Assembly (NCBI GenBank): GCA_030141605.1
Contig: JAQGDQ010000266.1
Location: 186,001 to 250,000, forward strand
From: Tubiluchus corallicola
Lineage: Eukaryota > Animalia > Priapulida
Reading direction: 5' to 3'
Length of the DNA stretch: 64,000 nucleotides
Part shown: in pieces, positions 1 through 40,020 of the stretch
How positions within the stretch are numbered: position 1 is the stretch's first letter
How the letters are laid out: each line of letters opens with the position of its first letter
Notes under the pieces: model-generated
Database searches by the model: none
What the model was told of the DNA's origin: nothing
Seen by the model: the letters and a program-made list of their open reading frames with translations, nothing else
Position numbers and translations under genes: made by a program

Positions 1-220
1 GTTCGGAATCAACATCCAAACTTTCACTTTCATCGCTTGTCCCGTTTGGTGTTTTTTTCCGCGGCCACCAGAATAATCCACCATGTTTGATTCTGAGCTC
101 AAGTCAGCAGATGCATTAACCTTGTGAACTTCACGAATATGCCTTTTCAAACTATTAGACTGGGAGAAATCACTGTTACAGTGGGTGCAATTGTGAGGCT
201 TTGCATCAGTGTGACTCCTT
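1..220 (-). pseudogene. Paralogous fragment of the C2H2 zinc-finger gene at 44050-47130 (continues off the window edge)
   Basis: 1-180 is nearly identical to 45540-45720. The minus strand reads RSHTDAKPHNCTHCNSDFSQSNSLKRHIREVHKVNASADLSSESNMVDYSGG, followed by a 1-nt deletion (gg+A7 vs ggc+A7) relative to the intact gene. Homology stops at about 220. Confidence 0.75.
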
Positions 221-589
221 TGTAATGTGTAAAATACACAACTGTAAACGTATCAGAGGCCTGTTTCACGCCATCCCAAAAACTGTCACCAAAGGTTGTT
301 AGTGATCAATTATTAGTGACTATTGAAAGAATTTTGCGTTTCACAAAACAATGTCATTAGAATATTGTATAGTGCATGCATACATAATGTGTATATGTCG
401 TAAACGTTCCCACCTGCTAATAATTCACATTCACATGTATAAACATAATTATGTAATGTGTATAGGCTAATTCTGTATGAATTGCGTTTGAAACGTTGTA
501 ATGAATAGTTCTAGAGTTCAAAACTGTAAATTTGCCGAATGCGTAATTGTAACTGAGCCATTGCTTCTGTAATTTTATTGTTTCAATAG

Positions 590-1113
590 ATGTGCAAGCA
601 AGAGCCGGAATCCCTAGCATGTATGCCATACTCTCCAACAGACGTCTGCGCTGGCTAGGCCATGTTTCCCGCATGCAAGACAGCAGATTGCTCAAGGACA
701 TTCCGTACGCCGAACTCGCTACTGGCGCCCGACCCACCGGGAGGCCACTGCTCCGCTACAAAGATGTATGTAAACGGGACCTCAAGCCAGGCGGCATTAC
801 ACCAGCAAATTACGAGGCGCTTGCGGCAGATCGGAGCAACTGGAAATCTGCTGTTAGGACAGCCATTAACAGAGCGGAGAAAACGAGGGAGAAAAAACAA
901 GAGGATAAAAGGACTCGCAGGCATCAGAAAGATGCCCTACCTCACCCGGATGAAACAGCCTTCCAATGTGCAACCTGCAGCCGGAACTGCCGCTCAAGGA
1001 TCGGACTGTTCAGTCACAGTCGACGCTGCAGCTCCATCAATTTGATTAATAACTGACTTTCGTGGCGCACAATCCATTGTCTTTCGGGACAGAAGGATGC
1101 CAACAACAACAAC
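590..1113 (+). mobile_element. 5'-truncated RTE-clade non-LTR retrotransposon (C-terminus of ORF plus 3' tail)
   Basis: ORF 592-1056 has RRLRWLGHVSRM...GRPLLRYKDVCKRDLK and a terminal CxxC...SRIGLFSH..C motif typical of RTE/BovB-like LINEs. The 3' end ...GACAGAAGGATGCC is followed by an (AAC)n tail. Confidence 0.9.
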
Positions 1114-1423
1114 CCAATGTAAAATGAATCAAAACTATCCATGACATTGCACCATTTTATGTGGAGAATTAAATTTTCGTTGCTACTAGCTGTAAATGCA
1201 ACCCAATTCTGTCCTTCCGTTTTTGTTAGTTTACAGTGTTTACTGCTTTTACAAGGATATAGCGACAATTAAGTGCAAACTCTTCACTTTCGTTCTTATT
1301 GAATAGTAACTTTTTTATTGTGTGGATGTAAGTGTTTCTGTGTATTTTTATGTCGAAATAAAAGTAACTAATCTGCTTTATAGCTTTAGATTTCCAATTA
1401 CTAATGTATCAAATGATCAGTAT

Positions 1424-22607
<21,184 letters not shown>

Positions 22608-25600
22608 GTTTTGTGTTAACCGAAACACATTTGAATAGCTGACGTGGCTTTTCAAATAGTTAAAAAGTTCGAATTGTTAAATGCGTTTAAAGAAGACAAT
22701 CAACTTCATCGTATCCACGGAGAGATGTTATTTAACTTGTTTCTGTGCCATTCCTCCTGTGCCATTTCTACCTACTTTTCGTTTGTGCCATTATTGCCTG
22801 TGCCATTTTTACCCACATTCCTGTTAAGTGTACCTGCTTATAATATAGTGCTGGAATACAAAATTATTATTGCTGCGCTTATAATTCATTATTACAGTCA
22901 ATAAATTACTTCTACTACTATTATTATTAATTCTCTGCGATAATATTTTGTGATTCTTTTAAATAGTCATTATTGTGTTGTTTGTGGAGGCGTAAAACGT
23001 TTTTAATGTATTTAGAATCTCCAGAAAATTTATGTCGTTAATGTCAAACAAATATAGTAAAGTAGAATTAAAGCATAACATACTTATAATAATAAGACAG
23101 AGAGGGGAGAAAGTGTACATTTATAGTAGAGGTGCTTGACAAGCTATACAGAGAATTTAATAAAAAACGGTTTACGGTAGATATCACAACATATTTTTCC
23201 TTGTATAGTCAAGTATATGTTAGAACAATATCACGCTTAGATTTTCACTTTTAGGGAAATGGGCTTCAAGAAGGTGCGAACATGTTATACAAGTTCGGTC
23301 ACTGCTGCTGTCGTACAAATGAATGTTTCTTTTGCACGTGCTGCACGAGGTTTACTAAACTAAACTGTTTTTAATTATATTGAAAGAATATATTTCTCTA
23401 CAATCAAGCGCACAAATGAAGCCAACGTTTTTTACTTTTCAGGAGGCCATTATTTAAGAGGAAGCAACTTAGGCCAATCTGGACATGTCAAATTACGGTC
23501 TGCTGCCTGTGATGGTCCCCCATCTAGCAGATTACTGCTACCAATTATTTTTTACTTTAAGTATAAACCTAAACGGTATCACGAATTGTTTACCTAGCTA
23601 TTGATAATATTGATGTATTGATTTTAATGTTCCAATCTTGTGCTGCCATCTTTAGTCAAGAGCAGCATTATTTTTGACGAAGTTATCCATTAAATGAAGT
23701 CATTTTCTGTTAAGCTACCTTAAATATGTAATTAGGCAGAAGAAGATGAAATTCGTTTCGTTTCAACATGACTTGTATTTTTCAAGCGAAAATACGTTTA
23801 GCAACAATTTTTCCATGATAATATTATGCCCGTGTTTGAACAAATGTGAAACTTCGTCGCTGTACTACTGAGGTCACTTCACTTGGAACTCGTTTCTGAT
23901 TGGTCGGCTAGCTTTCAAGGCCTGGATATTAGACGTATTGGCCTACGTGGCAGAGAGTAGAATGGCCGTGTTGAGAAATGGTCAGATATAACTATATCAT
24001 GGTTTCTTTCATACGATGAATGAACGAGAAATGGATGGTTTGTTCATTATTGTGTTCTCCTTATTCGTTGGTGAACGATGTTCTTCTTTTGCTGGTGAAA
24101 CCTCGTCAGTTACACAATTGCTGAGAGACATTTGTTAAATTAGGCATTCATTACACAGCCTAATTACCTTTACGTTGGATGAAGATACTGTCACCTTTGA
24201 GATATTCTTCTTATTATCCGATCTCTATTCTGTGTCCTGCCAGTGTGGTGGAAAGCTGTGGAGATTTCCTAGAAAAGGCTACCTGCTGTCCACCAAGTAG
24301 ACTGAGAGAGACGCTAATCTAGCCAACTTTCATTGGAGACCGAATTCTGCTGCATTACTACAACGTGCGTGAGGAAGGACCGGTCCTACCCCAGTACTGG
24401 AGAAGACCTCGCCTTGGTAAACTACTATTTTGTTAATGTTGTTTGTTGAAAGACTGTTTTTTATAATGTCCTGTACAATGTTCGCTCTGTAAATTGAAAT
24501 AATAATCCTGACACTTATCTATAAAAGCAAAAATAATTTGCAAACATGTTTTATTGTCACAGGATGTTACACTGCCTAACTACGTTAAGCAAAGTTTTCC
24601 GAAAGACATTTACATAAAACTGCCTTAGTTTTAATCAACTTGTGATTGAGCTCACATCATCATCATCATCGTCGTCGTCGTCGTTGTCGTCGTCGTCATC
24701 ATCATCATCATTAATTATTATTGCTGTTGTTGGATTTTGTTTGTTAACATTTAATGTCCCTTTAATTTTAATTTTGCAGTTAGCTACGACAGTTAAATAA
24801 CCCCTCTCTAGTGTTGCTATTGCCTAGTTATTTTTGTTCGCCTTTGCACACTAATTTTCAGCAGGATTTTGATTTCTTAGTTTAGTCTGTTGGTTCAACT
24901 AAATACTGTGAAGTTAAACTAAATTTTCTTCCTTAATTTTCATCGCCTTATGTCTGTTTTCTTTTGTCCTGCTTTGATATTTATTATTTTGAAGTCAAAT
25001 GATATTATTCTATTCCGAATTATTCAAAATCTTTGCTTTTAATAAGATGTGTAAGTGCCGTGGCAATGCGAGTTGTATTTCTGCAACGATGAGTTTGCAT
25101 TGTAGTTAGAAATGATTTTTATATACCTTTTTATAAACATTTATTTGAAATAATTGCCTTTGGAAAACAACAAATAAATACTAATCAAGTTGCCTTTTAT
25201 GTATTTTATCTTATGTTGCATGAAGAGGATACTGTAAATAAACAAATAAATCAACATGTAATTTTCGTTACCTAAATTAAACATATAAAAATCTCCCGTC
25301 TTAATCAAATACCCGTTTCAAGTCTTTACTGAGTTATTGCAATACATCTCAACGGACTACAGCATCTAGAAACTCGCGAGTTCTCACAATGAGTAGCTAC
25401 TATCTGTTCTTCGAGAAGTGTTGAGGGTAATTCACACTAGACAGTAAATCAATTCGCAGCAACTGTCGGAAAGTTTTCAAAGCAGTTCACACTTGTGAGT
25501 TTGCTGTCAGATAAAAACAAAAAGTCGTTAGTTTAAAAGCGGGGGGGGGGGGCGTTAACGTGTTTAACAATTAATTTGTGGTTTGAAGTGATTTTCCAGC

Positions 25601-25937
25601 CGAATTATATTTGAATTTGTCTATTGAAATTATTGGGTTGGAAAAACTAAAACATTTTCATTTCTTGGACTTCTTAAGAATGAGCAACTGAGAATAATCA
25701 GTATCCAGCTTTACACGCGGCCTTAAATGCCCTTTTATAAGTACCGTGCTTTAATAATGTTAATCTATCATTTATTAAATTTATCATTTATCACATAGCT
25801 TTAAATATGATTAATCACTGTTATAGATGCTCACTTGATAAAAATTTAAACTGAAACCATTATTCAAGCACAGACATTACTAATACTGTCATTATTGTTA
25901 TTATTAATATTATTTTGCGTCAGAGTATATATCCAAC

Positions 25938-28600
25938 CTCCATCATGTCAATTATTTTCGTTCTCCTCAGTTTGGCAGTATATAAATCACTTTCATCTTT
26001 ATCCGTCAATGTAAAACTTACATCTTCTTCATTTTCACTTTCACCTGCTGCGTAACTCCGGCTTTCTTCAGTTTCTATAAGAGCGTTCAAAGTTTCGAAG
26101 TTTGAGTGACCGTTACATGAATGCAAAGTAGTAGTAGTAGTAGTTGTTGTTGTTCTTGTTTTTGTTGTTGTTGTTGCTGGTGTTGTTGTTATTGTCATTG
26201 TTTTCGTTGTCGTGGTGTTATCGTCATTGTTATTGTCATTGTTGTTGTTGGTGGTGTGGTTGGTATTTTAGGTGTTTGGTGCAGTGTTTTTGTTGGTGCT
26301 GGTGGTGCTGCTGATGGTACCTTAGCTGCTAAAGCTTCACCACTTGGTTCTGGTTGTCCATGGTTGAAGTCCACGCCATTTTTTCACGTTTTTTCCCTTT
26401 CAACTAAATTTTGCTAATCCACAAAGTCATTACCAATAATCTTGCAGTTAAATAAAAACTGTTCAGTAAAAAAACTTCTGCTAATGCAGTTTACTAACAT
26501 ACTCACCAGGAAAATGCAAAGCGTTTTTATAACAAATGTAGTAGATACTAGCTAAAAGTATTGGAAGAGGTATTACAATTGACAGGACAATTGACGCTGC
26601 TACGTGTGACGGTTTTTCTGAAGATGAACCAAAAGCAAAAGTTTATGGCGATTAGAATTTTAGGAGTTTTATGAGCTGAGGTAGCACTAAGTATTTAAAG
26701 TTCGGCAAAAACTGTTTAAACTAATTTGTGCTTTAAAATGGCTTGGAAAAGGCATTCTTGAAATTATCGTTGATAATTAGCCATATTTCAGTCTTGTCAC
26801 TACTATTTACTGTAACAATAATAATAATTTATTGAAGGTTTAAAGTGCATTAATATTAAAATGGACAAATGCATTTTACATACGTAAATCCTAACATATA
26901 ATCAGTCCATGCACAAGTGACTGCCAAAGCTAAAATTGTAATATATATATATAATCATAGGAGTGAACCCAAAAACAGTACTCTAGGTCAATATTAAATT
27001 TTCGCAAAAGTTTGCAATTCTCACACATAAGAAATTATTTCGTGAATTTGTAATTAGTTCCTAATTAATTAAAAAGGTTTAAAAATTAATTAATTAGAAA
27101 GAGACACAGGTGATAATGGAGTCGAGGAAAAAGGAGAGAAATTAAATGAGAGAAAAAGAATGAGAGAACAGGAGAAGAAACTGAAAAAGTTGGTAGGGAA
27201 GGAGTTTACAATTTCCCACATAATTTAAATGCCCTAACCCTAATTCCAATATTAACTTTAACTCTAATTCACTCCACGAACTAATTTCTTTTGAGTAGAA
27301 ATTGTAAAATTTATTCCATGGAAGAAAAAAATAGATGTTAAAAAATGAAAAATGATAAAAAATGTCCGAAGCTTTTGCAACCTTTGCAGTGTTTAATAAA
27401 TTCATGGTTTTTAAGCAAAGCACTGATTTTTCATTAAATACTGTAAAGTTTTATAGAAATTAAGGATTGCCTATAGAAACTGAAATTAAGTGATAAAACT
27501 TAACCTTCGTGGCAAAAAATGCTTTACGGTCATTTTACCATACGGGGCAAAAAAGGTCAACTTACATGAAAGGTCAGTTGTGACATTCAAAATCAGTATA
27601 CTGTCCTCTTGAACATAAATCATGCAGTTTGTTGAGAGATCTGCAATTTGCACGTTCTTAATTGTAAGGGTAACATTCAGACATCCATTCTTTTGTAATT
27701 TCTTATCCAATATTGAAAGAAATTTTTCGTTTTCCATTCCAATGATGAGTCATCTTTGTGAACACGATGACTTCCATTTACAATCCAAGTGATTGTAAAA
27801 GAACTGTTGATGTTGAGATATCAAAACACAGTAAAGGTGTTGTCGGTATATAAAGTAACACAAATTTGTTTTTTTACTAGACTCACCACTTTTGGCTGAA
27901 AATAAACGAGGAAGATATTTTCATTATTAATGGTCTTGTTTCATTATGGGTATCTTGTTTTGTTTCTTTAAGCTGGAACTTATTACGTTTCTCCAATTAG
28001 AATCCTGCTGTTTTGGGAAATCAGAAATTTTAAAACTCAAGCAAGATATTCATGAACTCAGACAATACTACTAACTTTGTTAAAGAACTAAACTTACTTC
28101 TGAGTTTAGTCTACTAATGGCATTAATGTTTTCAACCAACTTCAATCAATCTCTTCAAGTAACTAAATCCCCTCATCAAATCATCAGCCAAATTTAACAG
28201 CGAACCATAATTTTACTAGGAACACTTACTGCTATCTGGCGTTATCATTAATACGTTAGTGATTTTTTTTGATGTAGTTGACCTTCTAATTTCTTTTCAT
28301 TTAGGATCCCATTTAAAAGCATTTTCGTTCAACCTACCTTGCCTAGACGATTTGGGCCTAAAACATTTATTTTTGTTTAATGTTTGCGCACATATTTGTT
28401 TTGAGATAATGGTAAACGACACGAAGGTCAACTCCACAAGATGTGTTCACACTACATGAATGCAACTCTGGACGACAGAGAAGTTCTGCTGTGTACACAC
28501 AACCGACACGCAGCTAGTTGCAAAAAAAGTTTCGAGTTGTTTATGTACGCATTGTTAGAAATAAAAATAGCAAAATTATGCAATTTGTATCGTTTGCCTT
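25938..28600 (-). pseudogene. Decayed LRR-Ig-TM paralog
   Basis: Relics in order: CIILLFLFLT (signal); VVCTQQNF..HLVELTF; RLNENAFKWDPK*KEI; LNLADDLMRGFSYLKRL; KFSSLTKLVVL (LRRs); ITWIVNG / LTIKNVQIAD (Ig, frameshifted); TM exon 26507-26617 VAASIVLSIVIPLPILLASIYYIC; Thr-rich then acidic tail. Several stops and frameshifts. Confidence 0.6.
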
Positions 28601-28621
28601 TTTTATAGCATCGAACACTTA

Positions 28622-29076
28622 CCGTATTTTCCCGTGTATAAGAGACCCTTTTTTGCTCAGAATTTTCACTTTAAAAATAGGGGGTCTCTTATACATGGGA
28701 GTAAGTCTTTTCAATAAGATGCATAAATTGTGACACTAATGATTTTAAAGAAATAAGTGCTCTACAACTGTTTTGCGTGTCGCGTTCGACTATGAAGCGG
28801 TTGTAAGCAATACAAGCATCATGACACGGGCATTATCTCCTCGTTTTCTCTTTTCCTGTTACAGGTTTGCAGGTACGCACTTTAATATATACCAGTACTC
28901 TTTTTCTACAACACATTAACTGGTTTTATTTTGTTTTCAGTACCGCACTGAGTTGAAAAAAGTTGTACTTTACCCTCTAAAAATGTCCGTCTGAAAAAAC
29001 TTTTTTCCAGAATTTTTGCCTAAAAATTGAAGGGGTCTCTTATACACAAGGGTCTCTTATACACGGGAAAATACGG
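28622..29076. mobile_element. Tc1/mariner (pogo/Tigger-like) MITE, 455 bp
   Basis: Perfect 29-bp TIR CCGTATTTTCCCGTGTATAAGAGACCCTT, with TA target-site duplication on both sides. Confidence 0.92.
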
Positions 29077-30378
29077 TATATTTATAGAGTGATTCTGTGA
29101 GTTCTGTGTAAATTGGTTCATGTGTAGCAGCATCACGTTATTAACACACATGTAGATTAATTCTGTGTGTGTGATATGGGACGTATACATCATTCGATGG
29201 TTGCTTATGTTACAGAGTGATTGTGGGTTCCCGTGATATGGGAAAAGACTGGAGAACTGATTGGAATTATATCTATTACTGGTAAACATAAGTTTTGCTA
29301 TAAGAACAATATTTTCTTGAGTGGATTGAAGACGAAATGTTGTACGGAGAAATATCTATGCTCAATGGAATCAACACACGAATTTAAGAGATACAGAAGA
29401 TGTCATGCTTCGTGAAGCGAAATAAAAGTAAGTTATTAGAGAAAGTAATTGATGATTATGATTATTAGACGAACGACACCAATTCACAGAAAATAATGTT
29501 TTCAAAATGTAAATTTTTTTAAATTAAAGTTCTTTCGCGCCACAGTCAAAATTTAAGACTGTCAGGGAAAAGAATGAACATCGGTAAGAACAACCCGTTC
29601 AAAATTATGTTTAAGCAGCAGCACCACAAGAAACAAAAACAAACAACAACTACAACCAGTTTGGTTAATTGTTTTGCATTTTATTATAATATTGTACTAA
29701 TATTTCAATTTACATTTGGGTAACATAAATGGTTATTTCAAATCAGGCGCGTCAGGCAACAGAATCAGAATCGTCTGTTGCCTTCAAAAATCAGATTATA
29801 ATGTATTAAAATTCATTAAAAATTAGGAAAGGAAGGCTCATCAATAAGACTGAATGGTGATCTAAGTCCTCCATGTTTAAACAATGAAGCTTCTAGACAT
29901 CGCATGCCACGATACCCATCTTTAAATAATGAAGCTTCTAGACATCGCATGGCAGGATAACACTGTGTCATATAATTCACATCTTTCAACAAAAAGTGGG
30001 ACTATAAATATGCTCACAAAAAACGAAATCTAAATTAGACTAGTAATAGCAAAGAAAAATAAGCAAAGTAGGCTAAAAGATGCAAATAAGATTATATAGC
30101 TAAGGAGAAGCACAAACTGCTTGACAAATTTTCATTTATTTTTAGGAATACTACCATTCATCACTTTTTTCATTTTGTCTTCTAGAATTAAAATTCATAG
30201 TAAGATACAACTTGTCTTATATTACTTTGCTTGACTAATTACTTTGAATTAAAATAGTATATCGTCATGCTGTACTCACAGTAAGATTGAGAATTCCCCA
30301 CCTAGAGACCCAAAATTTAAGAGCCATTAAATTATCTGATTATGTATTGTTACAATCATTTAGTTTTCTGAGCACACG

Positions 30379-35784
<5,406 letters not shown>

Positions 35785-36559
35785 CTATTCCATGGTTCAA
35801 AAATGTAATGATTTATTACAGTTTCATGTGATAATTCTAAATGTAACTTAATAAGATACTTAAGTCAGTTCAGTGACTCATCTTAAAGGTATAGCATTTA
35901 TAGTCAGGTTTCGGTCTTGCCGCTAACGTCCTAATTAAGTAGGACTGCTGCTGAATGATGGTTTTCAGATTGCAGAAGTCCAAATCTTTTGAAAAGTGCA
36001 TCTTAATGCAGATGACGAGTGTAGGTCAACGAACCTATTACTTTGTTGCTTCATGATATTCACAAGTTTCAGTAAAGTTAACGGGAGAAAATTTGAGTGT
36101 CTTTTTTAATCTAGATTTCTCGCAGTTCATATCATGAACATGAGAATCATAACATCGAATTAAACAACAAGCAAACACATTTTGATATGTTTTATTCGCA
36201 CATTTTTCAAAGCAAAACAATCGCATTTCAACTTAAAGTATGATCTACGTAGCTAATCTGACTGGTAGAAATTGTGCAAAAATTTGTATAGTTGTAGTAA
36301 AATAATATTTCGAAATAAGGTAACAAATAAATTTTAGTTCTCTATCTTTACGGGATGCCACGAGCGCATTATAATTGAACTGCTATAATCGGCTTGGTCG
36401 CAAAATCTTACGCAGTATCTACTACGGTGTGAAAAATTACAACAGCTTTCTGCTTATTACTCTGTATTTTGGGTTTTATGGAAAGACAAGCGAGTTGGCA
36501 TAATCTAACCCGAAGATGTAGAATCTGATTTCTGGTTCGAGCTGGCTGTCTCTTCAGTC

Positions 36560-36596
36560 TCAACTGCGCATGCGCCCTGTGTATACCACGTGACAT
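36560..36596. promoter_or_regulatory. Candidate promoter: NRF1/Ewg-type TGCGCATGCGC plus E-box CACGTGAC
   Basis: Motifs at 36565-36575 and 36587-36594, upstream of a minus-strand donor (C|GTAAG at 36411) that could end a 5'UTR exon of the protease homolog. Confidence 0.35.
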
Positions 36597-38278
36597 AGAG
36601 AAACAGACAGACGACTGTAGCAGCTTTTTTCATCATTTTGTTTCTGTAAAAAAATTAATAAAGAAATAGGTTCTGCGGTGCGTTGCATAATATATAAAAT
36701 AGTAAATAAAAGACAAATTAGACCAACAATCGTTAATTTTGAAAGTTAATCTATAGTATGCTGAGTTCTATCACAGAAAGGTGGAAACAAAAATTAGAAG
36801 AATAGAAAAAACATACCCGTTGTTGTTCATTAATGGCTTTCGCTTCTCTAAAGATATTGAGCTCTTGCTTGTGTAAGTGTGTAAGTTTGGACATCATGCT
36901 TGGATTTTTATACAAGTTAAAGTAGGCCGAATTTGTATATTAATAAACAATTAGCTCCTCAAGTGTCTATTTGCATAAATTAACGTTGTTTGATAGTAAA
37001 ATAAACTTCATTATTTATTGGCTTAGTTTTGTAAATTTGCAACAATCTTAGTTAGCACTATTACGTCAGATTATTTGTTTCAAACAGAATTATGTGAAAC
37101 AAACAAACAAAATAGGGTGGAAATAAACAATGTTGACATAATTTATAATACGCACCTGAGCGGTCTACATTAGTCAACAATCTCGTAATGCAGGTGTCAA
37201 TAAACAAGTGAGATTTGTTTGTTTTTATAGCTAGGCGTGAGACATTCCACAATAAACATTTAAGTTTTTATTCAGGTATTGTGCAGCATACAATAAAACG
37301 TTTCGGTTTAAAAACAAATTTGTGTTTTATCATTTTTACGATCATTCAAACAAACCATAAAAAAGCAAATATGTTATTTTACTGAATGAGATGAAAGAGA
37401 ATAATATAATCATGTCTTCAATAAGCCCAAAGCGTTCTATGGGGAATCCCCGCCACTCCCACCGCTCCCCGCCACTCCCACCGCTCCCCGTCACTCCCAC
37501 CGCTCCCCTTTGCTGATTGTGAAATTACCAGCTTGTATGTCAATTTGCATATACAGTATGTTCACAACTATCATCTGAGTGTTTTTAAATTTTGACTTTT
37601 GTCATAAAACATTAATTAGGCCCATTTTAATAACGTTTCACAGTTACCTTAATTACGATTGATTTCAGGCACTGAGTTTGCTGAAACATTTAGCTGAAGT
37701 CTGTGGTTAAAAGCTTCAGCAGAATATAGTTTGTATAGCGTAATAAATAGGATCCGAACATCAATGCTTTTAATTTTCTCATTCATTACGCGATTAATTA
37801 ATGAGTAAGTTGATAATTGATCATTAGCAGCTGTAAGTAAATCAGCAAAAAGATTGATAACATTGTGGATCCTTGTAGAATAAATACAATTACATTTTCT
37901 AAGTGCATGAATTATACAAATAGAAATACGCGTTTGCAACGATCTTTCAATTAACTAATCAAAAATAATTTCATATTGATACTGCCTCGTAGAGACTGTC
38001 TCGCGTTGAAGCTTCTTTTGTTAGACTATTGCGTACAGTCTTACATACGCTCAATAAGACGGCAATGGAAGACGGCATATTACAAGTCCATAATTAATTA
38101 AATTTTGATACCAAACTTGAAAGACAAAAGTTGCCCATACAGCCTAGATCGGTGCCAAGGACCTGCTTACAAGGTAGAGGTCTTATAAGGTCCTAGTGGT
38201 CAAAGTAGTTCAAAGTTCGCCTCTTTATAGTTGACCAACCGAATTCAGCATTTCTAATGGTCTAGAGATGGTCTATGC

Positions 38279-40020
38279 GGTGCGCGGTAAGTTTGGTACT
38301 AATAAGTTTGATACAGGTAAGTTTGGTACTAGTAAGTTTGATACAGGTAAGTTTGGTACTAATAAGTTTGATACAGGTAAGTTTGGTACTAGTAAGTTTG
38401 ATATAGGTAAGTTTGGTACAGGTAACTTTGGTACTAGTAAGTTTGATATAGGTAAGTTTGGTACAGGTAACTTTGGTACTAGTAAGTTTGATATAGGTAA
38501 GTTTGGTACAGGTAACTTTGGTACTAGTAAGTTTGATACAGGTAAGTTTGGTACTAATAAGTTTGATACAGGTAAGTTTGGTACTAGTAAGTTTGGTATA
38601 GGTAACTTTGGTACTAGTAAGTTTGATACAGGTAAGTTTGGTACTAATAAGTTTGATACAGGTAAGTTTGGTACTAGTAAGTTTGGTATAGGTAACTTTG
38701 GTACTAGTAAGTTTGATACAGGTAAGTTTGGTACTAGTAAGTTTGATACAGGTAAGTTTGGTACTAGTAAGTTTGATACAGGTAAGTTTGGTACTAGTAA
38801 GTTTGGTATAGGTAACTTTGGTACTAGTAAGTTTGATACAGGTAAGTTTGGTACTAATAAGTTTGATACAGGTAAGTTTGGTACTAGTAAGTTTGGTATA
38901 GGTAACTTTGGTACTAGTAAGTTTGATACAGGTAAGTTTGGTACTAGTAAGTTTGATACAGGTAAGTTTGGTACTAGTAAGTTTGATACAGGTAAGTTTG
39001 GTACTAGTAAGTTTGGTACAGGTAAGTTTGATACAGGTAAGATTGATACTAGTAAGTTTGATACAGGTAAGTTTGGTACTAGTAAGTTTGGTACGGGTAA
39101 GTTTGATACAGGTAAGATTGATACTAGTAAGTTTGATACAGGTAAGTTTGGTACTAGTAAGTTTGATACAGGTAAGTTTGGTACTAGTAAGTTTGATATA
39201 GGTAACTTTGGTACTAGTAAGTTTGATACAGGTAAGTTTGGTACTAGTAAGTTTGATATAGGTAACTTTGGTACTAGTAAGTTTGATACAGGTAAGTTTG
39301 GTACTAGTAAGTTTGATACAGGTAAGTTTGGTACTAGTAAGTTTGGTACAGGTAAGTTTGATACAGGTAAGATTGATACTAGTAAGTTTGATACAGGTAA
39401 GTTTGGTACAAGGAAATTTTCGTACCGGAAAAATTTAGTATTAGGAATTAGTTTGTCAGGCATTTTTGGTACAAGTAAATATAGTACAAAATAAAAATGG
39501 AATGGAACAAGTTTGGTACTGGGGAAGTTTGGCACTATAAAAATTCGCTACAGAGAAAGCTTGGCAATGTGGAAATATATTTTATGTAACTTACTCCGAC
39601 TCAAACAAGTTATAGAGGCTCATATTATTGCATTTTTATTTGTCTTTTGTTTGCTTCCTCTTTGTTTGTTTTATGCTGTTTGTTATTTGTCATTGTTTGT
39701 CTGTTTTTTGCTAGCTCTTTTGTTGTGATTACTACCACCTCCACCACCATCATCTGGGATATAGAAATGCTCTCTCTTTCGTTTAGTACCAAAATTTTCT
39801 TGTACCATATTTTCGTAGCACCAAAAATCCTTGTACGTTAAAATGATGGTACAAAATTTACCTGTACCAAAATTAACGCGTAGCAAACTTTCCTAGCACC
39901 AAAAATTCTTTGTTCTTTGTACCTTTGTAAAAATGATAATACCAAATTTACATGTACAAAAATTACTGCGTACCAAAATTTCCTCGAACCAAAATTTCCT
40001 GTACCAAACTTACTTATGCC
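38279..40020. mobile_element. Foldback/Mutator-like non-autonomous element whose left arm is expanded into a 15-bp tandem array
   Basis: Left end ...GGTAAGTTTGGTAC and right end GTACCAAACTTAC...; (R)GTAAGTTTGRTACW array 38288-39410; inverted degenerate copies (TACCAAAATTT) at 39785-40015; no TSD found. Confidence 0.65.

Noticed and set aside
23840-24570. Possible second solo LTR (GC-richer block with ATTGG boxes and TG..CA candidates)
   Set aside because: No second copy, TSD or coding remnant in the window to support it.
26380-28450. Recurrent in-frame TGA codons suggesting readthrough or selenocysteine
   Set aside because: Accompanied by frameshifts and TAA/TAG stops; pseudogene decay is the simpler explanation.
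38268-39535. 408-aa and 420-aa pentapeptide-repeat-like ORFs (GKFGT/SKFDT)
   Set aside because: Open on both strands because of a stop-free 15-bp unit; it lies within an inverted-repeat element arm.
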